DNA from: Octopus sinensis
Lineage: Eukaryota
Reading direction: 5' to 3'
Assembly (NCBI RefSeq): GCF_006345805.1
Contig: NW_021828052.1
Coordinates: 1 to 35,822 of the forward strand
Length of the DNA stretch: 35,822 nucleotides
The notes beneath the pieces were generated by a model that saw only the letters and a program-made list of their open reading frames with translations, was not told the DNA's origin and made no database searches. Made by a program: the position numbers and the translations under genes. Below are positions 22,851 to 33,243 of this stretch, piece by piece. Within the stretch, counting starts at the first letter, position 1, and each line of letters opens with the position of its first letter.

Positions 22851-23942
22851 CAGCGGTTCTCAACCGTGGTCCCCGGGGACCACTAGTGGTCCCCAGAAAA
22901 TTTTTAGTGGTCCCCAGGAATTTTCGAAAAATAAAAATATATTAAAGTTAAAACTAATTGTACAATTAAGTATAAATCAAAAACATTGAAATTAATCAAG
23001 CGGTTTTTCAATCGTGGTCCCCAGAAAAATTTTAGTGGTCCCCAGGAATTTTCGCAAAATAACAATATATTAATTTAAAACTAATTGTACAATTAAGTAT
23101 AAATCAAAAACATTGAAATTAATCTGATTTGATTAGCGTGGTTTATCATTCTAGTTATGGTTAACAAGAATCGTCGTCTTTGGTCGGATTCTTACGTACA
23201 ATTTGGATTCACTAAATTCATTGCCCCAAATAATGAAATAAAGGCAAAATGCATGATTTGCCATAAAATTTTGGGAAACAATTCACTGAAACCTTCTCAA
23301 CTTAGGCGCCACAAAGAGTCTGTACACCCAGAAAATTCCTGTTGAAGACCCAATTCCAAACTGGATCGTTCAACCTTTCTTGACCTCATTTAAGAATATC
23401 AGGAACTCAATTTTCAGCAGAGCTTGATTGAACTTCAATGTAATCAGTCTGCTCAGATATTTCAAATGTACTTCATTATTAGATTTTTGTATTCTCATTA
23501 ATAATTACTTTTATTGTTAGGTGTCAGATGGCGAAAGAATTCCATTTTGAGTAAAACTGCATTGGAATCAATACTTGCATTCCCCACTACTTATCACTGT
23601 GAAATGGCGATGTCGTGTCTGACTTTTCTAAAAACAAAATATAGAAATAGACTACGGGTACAAGATGATATGCGAGTAGCTTTGTCGAACATAGAGCCTG
23701 ATATAAGTAAAATTATTCTGAGCAAACAAGATCAGAAATCTCACTAAATTACTATTAAATTTTCTGTTATTTCATAATGTTCATGTTATTTTTATAATAA
23801 ATATTCGAACATGTCTAAACCTGGCCCTGGCGAGGCCAAAAATTGTGCGCTAATACCAAAAAATGTTTTTTTATTTAAGGTGGTCCCCACAAAATTTTAT
23901 AGTGCAAAAGTGGTCCCCAGTCTAAAAGGTTGAGAACCGCTG
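22851..23942 (+). mobile_element. hAT Buster/Charlie element, internally deleted
   Basis: Perfect 15-bp TIRs CAGCGGTTCTCAACC/GGTTGAGAACCGCTG; 8-bp TSD ATGTAGAG; BED finger (ORF 23157-23345) and dimerisation domain FPTTYHCEMAMS; GTGGTCCCC subterminal repeats. Confidence 0.95.
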
Positions 23943-23985
23943 ATGTAGAGATACAAATGATTTATTGATAAATTTGCCAATATTA

Positions 23986-25581
23986 TGTCGCGAGCCGAGC
24001 GCGCGACCGAGCGCTAGACGCGACTTTGACACCTGTCATACCTGTCATCCACCTGTCAGTCTATTGCCGGCGTACCATACTCACCCAGATAAAATATTAT
24101 CCACGCTAGCATAATTTTGTCTACACTTTGTTATGTCGGGCCAGCGTTTGTTTGTAAAAGATCAAGATGAATATAATTTCCTAAGATCTATACTCAATAA
24201 TGAGGAGGTCGATCTTTCCAAACATAAGAAGTATCGACTCAAAAAGAAAGCAGAAAATTTCCTAATTAAAGAGGGGAAACTATATCTTAAGATGTAAACG
24301 GCCTACACAAGCTCGTAATTGCTTCCACGAGCTTAGAAGAGATGAAATTAATGCACGTGAGATTCATGAAGCTAATCATTGCGGACATAATGCTTTGGAA
24401 GCCTTATGTAGGCGAAGATTTTTTATATTGAGAAGAGAGATCATTCGCCAAGTTGTTAAAGAATGCAATATTTGCAAATTTTCAGTTCCACTAAAACAAT
24501 ATGATGATTCAACTCATATTGTTGCTGATTTACCTAATGAAAGATTTCAAGTAGATTTAATTGATCTTAAACGGTATAAAATTAACTTATTTTGTAGATT
24601 TAAAAATGAAAACAATGATTTTACTTGGTTAATGTCTGTAATAGACGTATATTCGAAATATGCGTTTACAAGGAATCTTAAAAATAAAAGTGGAGTAGAG
24701 GTGGCGAATAATCTGAATGATATTTTTATGGATTTTGGTCCCTGCAAGTTTCTCCAATCAGACAACGGAACAGAATTCAAAAATTCTCATGTGACAAAAG
24801 TATGTGAAGAGTTTTGTGTTCGACAAATACATGGAAGACCAAACAATCCCCAGAGTCAGGAATTGTTGAACGATTTAATCAGACGGTCACAAGGAGCCTT
24901 TCAAAAATTATGAGTTGGATGACACCAAAGAGTGGGTAAAACACATAAGAAAGACTGTGTTTTTGTACAATCAAACACCTCATTCATCTACAGGTGAATT
25001 ATTGTCTTAAATTTTTTGCAGGCGTTAGCCCCTTTGAGAGATATCGTGGAATTCCTGGATTCAATACTGTTTTAGGAAATACTGATGTTGAGGCAGCTGA
25101 ACTTCAATACACTCCCGAAATTAACAGTAAATTTTTAAATTCAACTAAAGATGAATTCGAATTCAACTTCCAAAAGTTAACTTGGATTCTCCATATTATA
25201 AGAGAATGAACAGAAGATGGGAGTGCATGTGTCTAAATATGAATTAAACATTGGAGACATTGTATTTATTTTATAATTACTTAAAAGGTTCGCATTCAAA
25301 AGATTATGGGACAAATCCTTCCTTGAGATTAACCAGGTTTGAACATCCATACGGGGATCCATTCACTATTGTTGCGAAATTGTCTAACAATTTTGTCAAT
25401 GTGGAAAATAGTGATGGATCAGTAATGAAAGTTCATGCCAAACGACTTAAGAAGTTATAACAGTCAGAAATAATAATTGTCCTTGATCTAATCAATAAAA
25501 TAAGTTATTTTGACATTGATTGACATTGAGTAAATTTGATTGGTCGCGTCTAGTGCTCGGTCGCGCGCTCGGCTCGTGACA
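23986..25581 (+). mobile_element. Ginger2/TDD DNA transposon with Gypsy-like integrase (KRBA2/SCAND3-like)
   Basis: 39-bp TIRs (23986-24024, 25543-25581; 2 mismatches) with TGT...ACA termini; TSD TATTA. HHCC (IHEANHCG..ECNIC), DDE (QVDLID, LQSDNG, frameshifted QSQG-IVER) and a C-terminal GPY/F-like module. Introns at 24574-24597 and 24994-25021. Confidence 0.92.
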
Positions 25582-25606
25582 TATTATAATGTTTTGGTAC
25601 AGACTG

Positions 25607-26820
25607 TATTTAGAGTATGATCCGATGTGTTATGGTTGTATCGTTGATTTGACAGATAGAAAAGACGTCTTTTTGAAAATAAACCATATGCTTCTATGGT
25701 TGTTCACGGATGCATGTTTAGGAGGACCCGGTGGGACCAACTTGAACAGGTTCGTTGTGAGAGCTTTTCCTGACCCGATTACAGAGTCTATATCCTTTTG
25801 GAAGAACATGTGGGATCATTCAACCGACCAGGTGATCAAAGAAGCGTGCTTAACCGCATTATCTGTTGAGTATGGTGTGATCAATGAGACTTCATTCAGA
25901 AATTTGATAGAGTCACCGCAGTCTTTAAACATGAGGAAGAACACAGATAATAAAAAAGATGATCAAGCTCCAAATGAAGAATGACGGAAGACATTATGGT
26001 GAGAATTCCATATCTGAGGTTGTGACGAGTTATTTTGAGACTGAGGGTATGCTAATAGAGTATCTCATGTCAGTGGAGCCGCTATTCCCTCGGATCTTGT
26101 CAGAGTTATATTGCAGCTCACTTCTTGGTTATGCTGACTCCATAATACGATTATACTTAGGTGCTAAATCTGTGAGAACAATGTTCAAATCAAGGATGGC
26201 AAGAAGTGTCATCAAAGAAGGCATAAAAAGTGAGGTCCAGATGTACATGAGAATACTCGTCAGAAAGAACTATGAGTCAATGAATTTCGACTGTTAAGCT
26301 GATAAAGCTTATGAAATGAGACTACAGTCCTGGGGCAGAAACGTAATTGGCGCTACAGTGCCTCACCCTTCAGAATATATGGGCAAACTAAGGACTAGAA
26401 TTAACGAGGTTCCAGATGGAGCTGGATATGTTACTATAATAGCCCAAAGAGAGTACCAGCCATGTGGAAGATCCAATCACATGAGGAAGCCATACATGGG
26501 CAATCAAACCTCTCAGCACACAACGATGTACAAGTCCTGGGGCAAGGAAACTGATTTCTCGATAATCAAAAGAGCTGTTGGATTACATGAGGCAATTGGT
26601 TGGTTTATAGATGAAGACTCCAATCCAGCTAAAATGTTGGCTAACAATTTGAAGTCTTATACCAACCAAGATATAGATTTTGTGTTCAAAAGGTCACCGT
26701 ACAGAACAGGCTCTGCTGTCCACAGATTCAGTTTTATGTGGTTTGGCTGTTGCTGCGGGAATCTCTGTCACAGAAAGGATTGACTTTAGATATGTCCGTG
26801 ACAGTAAAGTCTGCAAGTTC
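25607..26820 (+). other. L: endogenous viral element: rhabdovirus-like (Mononegavirales) L polymerase fragment, end of RdRp plus PRNTase/capping domain
   Basis: Three consecutive ORFs are collinear with recalled vesiculovirus L: LGGPGGTNLNRFVVRAFPDPITESISFW, LIESPQSLN, LMSVEPLFPRILSE, SWGRNVIGATVPHP, YMGNQT (GxxT, 26493-26510), IIKRAVGLHEAIGWF and RTGSAVHRF (HR, 26721-26726). One frameshift (~25945-25960) and a TAA (26295-26297) in place of a conserved Ser. No introns. Confidence 0.92.
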
Positions 26821-27681
26821 TGAAGGGAAAAAAATTATATAATAAAAAAGTATCATTCCGAATTTTTTTTGAGTAATCCAAAAAATATCATTCCAAATTT
26901 TTAGGGTTAGGGTTATTATGTGGTATATAAGAACCACATATATGTGGTATATGTGGTATACAGTCTCTTGTTCTTTACAATAAAAAATTCTGTTCTGTTG
27001 TTTGTCAATTTATAATATTAATCTTGACAAAATAGATTTTGAAATAGAATTCAAATATTTTTTTTGAATTTTTTTACAAGTCCGAAAGTATAACCACCTA
27101 GGCTCGGTACACCCTAGGCATGTGACATAATAATTTATAAAAATAATATAACAATAATTAAATTCGTGTTCAGCTTAAAAAACTCTAGAAAAAAATATAA
27201 TAATAATGATTAAAATTTGATAGAAATTGATCATTTTGAATTTAGGGCGCTAAAATACAAGATCGCCAAATCCGGGAACAAATAAATAAATGTTTGCCAT
27301 AAGAATATAGAGAATAGAACTTTCTATCAAAAAATAAGGTGAAATTCAATAAATAAAGATAAATGAAAAGATTTCAAATAAGCGATGTAAACAGATTGAA
27401 AGAATAAACTCGCAAATATTACAAAATGATGAAATTTCAGATAATTTATTAATTAAAAGAAACTACATCGCAAAATATTCCTTCTAATCCAATTAAATAA
27501 AAAAATAAAGATTGACCAAATAATGTAACAGGACAACAAGACAAAAGAGTGCTCACACGTGCCACAATTTATTATGTTTTCTATTAATAATTGGGTAACT
27601 AAAAATTAAGATAATTTTAATTAAAACACAATTCTACCTATATTTTATTTAAATTTCTAAGCGTGATTTCTAGTTATCTTT

Positions 27682-28928
27682 ATGGGTCGTGTTCAAAAAA
27701 AAGTCAGAATGTATAAAGATGAATATATTTCTCTTGGATTTATTAAAGATCCTCAAGATCCTAATAAACCACTTTGTCTTCAATGTGGTACAATTTTTTC
27801 GAATGAGGCAATGAAACCGTCTCGTTTGATTGAACATTTAAAGCGAAAACATCATAATTCAATTGGAAAAAAGCCAGACTTTTTTCTAAAATTAAAAAAG
27901 AAATTTGAAAATAAAAACATCTTACCGTCAATCTTTAATAAAAATATATCTCAAAATGTCTCTGGATTATCTTATTCATATAAAGTTGCAGAGATAATCG
28001 CAAAAACTGGTTGCATTATTATTTTAATTTATAGGTAATGCCCATTCGATTGCAGAAAATGTCATCCGTCCTTGTTTAAATTTATTTATAAACGATATCT
28101 TACAAAAAGATTCTTCAAATATTATGAAGACTATTCCATTAAGCAACGACACTATACGAAGAAGAATTGATGAAATTTCTAATGAAATTGAACAATCTTT
28201 AATTTTATTTCTCAGAGAACGCAAGTTTTCAGTCCAACTTGACGAATCAGTTGTCGTTGATAATCAGTCAATTTTGATGGCATATGTAAGGTATTACTTT
28301 TTATAAATACTTTTTATAAAGATATTTCGATGATGATTCTATTTTGCAAGAAGAGTTATTATTTGCAAAATCTTTAGTCACGGATACTACAGGATTGTCA
28401 ATATTCAAAATGTTTGAATCTTATTTATTCTTAAATGATATTCCATTTGAACATATTTTATCGTGCAACGATCTGAAAATTTATGAATTTCATTTAGAAT
28501 CTTTGGAACAAGATTTGAAAAAAAGATTTGAAGATTTAATTAATTTAAACTTTTCTGATTGGATGATTAATCCTTGGTTGCCCATTCATTATGATTCTGA
28601 TGATGAATGTCAAGAAGAATTAATAGAACTAAAAAACGACGAAGAACTGAAAATAAAATTTAAAAATAAAAACCTGACACAATTCTGGGGAGAAAAATCT
28701 ATAAAAATGAAATTCCCGAAATTATGGGAAAAAATGATGCCAATAATATTATGTTTTCCTACGTCATACTGCGTAGAGAGAGGATTCAGCACTCTGAATA
28801 GTATGATCGGAAAAAAAAGAACAAAACTAAATATACAAGAAAGAGGCGACATTAGAATTACACTTACGAAAAGAAGTACAAATTTTGAAAAACTTGTCAA
28901 TCTTCATCAACCACAAGGATCTCATTAA
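27682..28928 (+). CDS. Buster/ZBED5-8-like hAT transposase derivative, predicted 396 aa after splicing
   Basis: Exons 27682-28009, 28035-28290 and 28322-28928 join into an uninterrupted 1191-nt ORF: BED finger, QLDES, an in-frame deletion after ILSC, dimerisation domain FPTSYCVERGFS. Right TIR GGTTGAGAACCACTG at 29026-29040; left TIR not found. Confidence 0.8.
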
Positions 28929-29973
28929 AACTCTTATTTTTTAAATAAAAATTTTTACTAATGAAATGGGCGATATAAAAATTGGAGGGGCGAAAAAAAT
29001 TCCAAGGGGGCAATACAAAAATAAAGGTTGAGAACCACTGGGCTACATCGTGCGCAGTGCAACGATCATTTTTGATTCTAAACAAAATCTTGACAAAGGA
29101 TAAGAATTTTAAATCGGAAAATGTAAAAAAAAAAAGGAAGAAGCTAGGGAGTAATCAAGAGAAAATAAAACAAGCACAACTCTGGAAGTTGAATAATGGA
29201 GGAGTCAGAGTATTGATAACATCAATAGGAACCTTTGGATTTTTTAAACCAAAAGATAATTATACGCGAAGACAAAAAATATCAGAAATTTCAATGTGGA
29301 ATTCGATTCAAAAAATTTAGCTCAATGATCTTAAATTCTGCAGTAAGTTGTGAAGCATTTTAAGTAGCTCAAGTTGATATACGCTAAACTTAAGACTACA
29401 ATCTTTGATTTCTTTTAGCTTTCGGGTGCATAAAAAGTGATTAAAACTGAGAAGTTGAAATGACTTGAAAAAAACTTTCATTGCTAAAAGATGGGATAGA
29501 CTCTATCCATATTTTACGGATGACTGATAATTTTATCTCTGCGATGAGTTTGCGATATGAACCTAATTTAAAAGTTTTCAATATTTATATTCAAGACGTT
29601 GGTTTAAGGCAGAGGAATTTAAATCGTATTTCTATGAAGATAAGGAAAAAGACCTAACTGGATTAAAGATCGTGCTTAGAAGTACAATCAAATACCTCCC
29701 ATACTGAACTTCAAAGGAGTCAACGAAAACCATTCCAACAAATAAATTGGCATTTTATTGTTCTGCTTATATTTTCCGACTTAATCAGAACTTTGGAATT
29801 ATAAAATCTATTATAAATTTTAGAAATTGAAATCAAAGGGAATTGATCTGAAAATTAATTCAAAATTTTAAAATACTGTAAAATCCTTATAAAATAACTT
29901 AATTACTATTGAGAATAGAGTCAAGTAAATTATCTCCAGAAATCTGGCTGCATTTGTTCATTATGCTCTAAGA

Positions 29974-31605
29974 CAGTGGTTCTCAACCTGGGGTCCGCGA
30001 AAGATTCCAGGGGGTCCGCGAGATTTTTCTGAACTTTATTTAAATGTTTCTATTTAATGATAACAATTTAAATTAATTATATATAATAGATTAAATCATA
30101 ATTAATAATATCTCTTTTAGATATATTAATAATTAATATATTTTAAAATAAATGAGGGGGAGGGGCTAAATAAATTAATATATTTTATATTTCAATAATA
30201 CTGAGGAGGCTAAATTACTTTAAAGCTGAATGTAACCTCAATTATTTATAAAAAATCGTTATATATATTTATTTTTTAGTAAAGTTAATAAAATTTTTAA
30301 GCACGCTATTGATATGATTCCTCGAATGTTATTAATATACGCAAATATAATCCTGATTATATAAAATGGGTTTATTTGTATTGATAAAGATGGATTTGAA
30401 AGCCCAAATGTGTTGTGTGCATGAAAATTCTGTCACACAATAGCATGAAACCACAACTCTTGTGAGACACTTGCGCACATGTCATCCCCATCTAATCCAC
30501 AAAAATAAGGATTATTTTATTTCTTTGCGTAAAATGATGAAAAATCAGTATTGACTCGTTTCATACAAACTTTGCCTTCTGATAATTCCATGCTATTAGC
30601 ATCTTACTGATCTCATTACGTATAGCGAAAGAAAAGAAACCTCATAATATTGCCGAAAAACTGATTCTTCCTTGTTAAAAGAAATAGTACGTACTCTTAT
30701 TGGCACTCATGCTGAAAATATGATTTCGGAAATACCATTATCGAATGATACTGTTCATCGACGAATTTCTGAAATGTCAGAAAATATTAAGTGTCAGTTT
30801 ATTGATATTATATTATTTATTTCAGGTGGTAGAACAAATAAAAACTTTATGCCATCAAAATTTCGCTATACAAGTTGATGAATCCACCGATGTAGCGAAC
30901 TGTGTTCAATTAATAATATTTGCTCGTTACTTGCTGCAAAAACATTACCTTCAGATTTAAGATATTTCTCGATGATGTCGTACATATCATAAATTATATT
31001 AAAAAGAGTGCTTTAAATTCGCGCATTTTCAGACTTATTTGCGAAGAATTTGAAATGGATGGAAAGGCTTTGTTATTCCACACTGAGGTGGATGGCTATC
31101 TCGGGGAACATTATTGCCAGAGTTTTTTCTTTGAGGAATGAATTATCTGAATATTTTATTCGCGAAAACAATTCCAAATCATCGGAATTTATTTCGAAAT
31201 TAATGGATAGTTCATGGCTATCTAAACTTGCTTACTTGAGAGATGTCTTCTCTCGTATAAATTCACTCAACAAATCGCTTCAGGGAAGACATGAAACAAT
31301 AATTGATTTGTGGAAAAATTAAGTTTGTTAACTGTTTCATATTAATTATTAGTGTTTTTTGATGAAGTTAACACACGGAAGGGAAAGAAAAAGTAAAACT
31401 AAATAATTTTACTATGTTTGAATCTTTGAAGAACAATCTGTAAATATAGATGCATTTGAAATCAAAAAAATAACCGAACTTATTTATGCACATTTAACAT
31501 ATCTTCAACAAGAAGTAAATAAACTTTCCAGAATTGAACGAAATTGATTTGAAATTCATTTACTCTCACACAGGGGCCGCGGACAAAAAATGTTGAGAAC
31601 CACTG
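29974..31605 (+). mobile_element. hAT Buster (ZBED5/SCAND3-like) element, internally deleted
   Basis: TIRs CAGTGGTTCTCAAC/GTTGAGAACCACTG; perfect TSD CTCTAAGA; fragments IPLSNDTVHRRI, FAIQVDESTD and LAYLRDVF; frameshifted. Confidence 0.95.
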
Positions 31606-32179
31606 CTCTAAGATATTGGAGAATTTATTTTCCTAATTCAAACGATGTTATTGGCTGTTGTGCGTGGCAACAGCTGTTTTATTCGAAATGATAGTTTATT
31701 TTTGAAATGCTATTATTTTTTTTGACTCTTCAGCCTGAGGACAACCAGAGCCAGGATTGCTGAGAGTCTTAGGTAGGATCGTCGCAGAAAAAAAGTCGAC
31801 GCAGGTGCCATCCTACACGAGGGACTTTTCTTCCCGAAAAAGAAAAATAGTCGTTCCGCCGGGACGCTTACTGTCACTCCAGGAGAAGCCGACTAGATCT
31901 AGATTGCAAAAGAGAGTTTTGAATCCATTCAGGAAAGAATTATTTCAGTAATAGGGCATACAGCTGGAACTGTGAAATATTGACTTATTAATAAAATTAA
32001 ATTTGACTTTTTTGCGTTTTTTAAAATGGTGCTTCTAACTTTCAATAATTTCTAAAATTTATAATATATGGACGGATTGTTTTTTACATTTTCTAAATTG
32101 CCAGAAATATTTTATCTATGTCTTTTTAAATGTGCAAACGATCGTTTCTTAAGCAAAAATTATTTTATTTGCTTTAGAC

Positions 32180-33186
32180 CAGGGGTGCGCAAGTGCGGCC
32201 TTGAGTCGATGAATGTGCGGCCCTGGGCACGAATTAGGTCATCGAGCAACTAATCTAAATATAATGCTCATAGTGTTAATTAATCAAGAAAAACCCTAAA
32301 TAATAATTAAAAATATCCATAAAAGATACATGCCGCCTACTGAGAGTCACATAGAAAAAAATGAATTATTTCATTTTCAAAAAGTCAAAAATCTCATTGA
32401 TGACAAAATATTATTAATTATGACGACTCTTACACCAAATTATTTAATACTATATTCGATTATATTTTTTTTTGAAACAATTTGAAGAGCGATTTAACGA
32501 ATTTAAAAAATTGAACTCAAACTTCAATTAACTGCAGGACCACATATTTTTTCGATTGATAATGCGCCATTGGAATTTCAAATTGAATTATTGAAATTAA
32601 AAATATTTAATTTGATAAATAAATTTAATGAAAGCGAAGATTTGTTGAATGTATGGAAATCAGCGACAGATTATCCAAATTTACGTGAAATGGCAAGAAA
32701 TATTCTCGTTTATAATTCGGAAGCACATATTTATGTGAGTCTACATTTTCAAAATGAAATATTTAAAAAGTCAATATAGATCTCGGATAACGGATGCAAA
32801 CTTAAAGTCATGTTTGCGCATAATGATATCTACCCTACCAGTGGATTTCAATAAGCTCGCAAAAAATACCAAAGATCCTGGCCGTCATTAGAATAACTTG
32901 TATAAAATACATTTTTTTAATTTTTCCTTCTTTCTTATCTTTTGTCCATAAATAATTATTTATTTTAATAATATGATGTCCCTGATGAACGAGAGCATTT
33001 CCTGTCCAAAAACTCATTCGGTCTCGATCGATGACATGGGCAACTTATGCGGTCACTTTTAATATAATTAAAAAAATTACTACATTAATATCGAAAAAAT
33101 AATGCAGAAAATGTGCGGCCGTGGAAGAGAAGGAAAAAAAACTATGCGTATGCGGCCGCAAACCCAAAAAGCTTGCGCAACCCCTG
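32180..33186 (+). mobile_element. non-autonomous hAT (GTF2IRD2/EPM2AIP1-like C-terminal remnant)
   Basis: TIRs CAGGGGTGCGCAAG/CTTGCGCAACCCCTG; perfect TSD CTTTAGAC; ORF 32570-32779 (WKS..YPNLREMA) resembles the hAT dimerisation region. Confidence 0.92.
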
Positions 33187-33243
33187 CTTTAGACTTTTCG
33201 AAATTTTGCCAAAAATTTAGATTTTTAATTCTTTCTGATGAAA

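Larger units (their letters stand above)
22120..25606 (+). mobile_element. Tc1 (DD34E) element lacking its left arm; right arm interrupted by a hAT and a Ginger2
   Basis: ORF 22128-22682 has an HTH, an in-frame internal deletion and QQDNAP..WPPNSPDLNPIE (34 residues between D and E). Inner repeats at 22688-22740; terminus GGTACAGACTG|TA at 25606 matches the end at 12356. Confidence 0.85.

Noticed and set aside
726-26297. Alternative genetic code explaining the many in-frame stops
   Set aside because: The stops replace different residues (TGA for Trp in the kinase but Leu in ABHD16A; TAA for Ser in L and Glu/Gln in PDZ; TAG at a small-residue position), Trp is normally TGG, and intact ORFs end in TAA/TAG. 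Mutation or sequencing error fits better.
26821-26836. GAAAAAAA as a rhabdovirus U7 transcription stop signal
   Set aside because: L would continue into the connector and methyltransferase domains at this point, and A7 runs are common in this AT-rich window.
21304-28928. In-frame internal deletions in three TE ORFs (LINE, Tc1, hAT) as evidence of general selection
   Set aside because: Ascertainment bias: in-frame cases show up as long ORFs, while other deleted elements here are out of frame. Only the hAT case was kept, on its own evidence.
31730-31951. GC-richer island with a 64-aa ORF
   Set aside because: No motif recognised in any frame; too short to assign.
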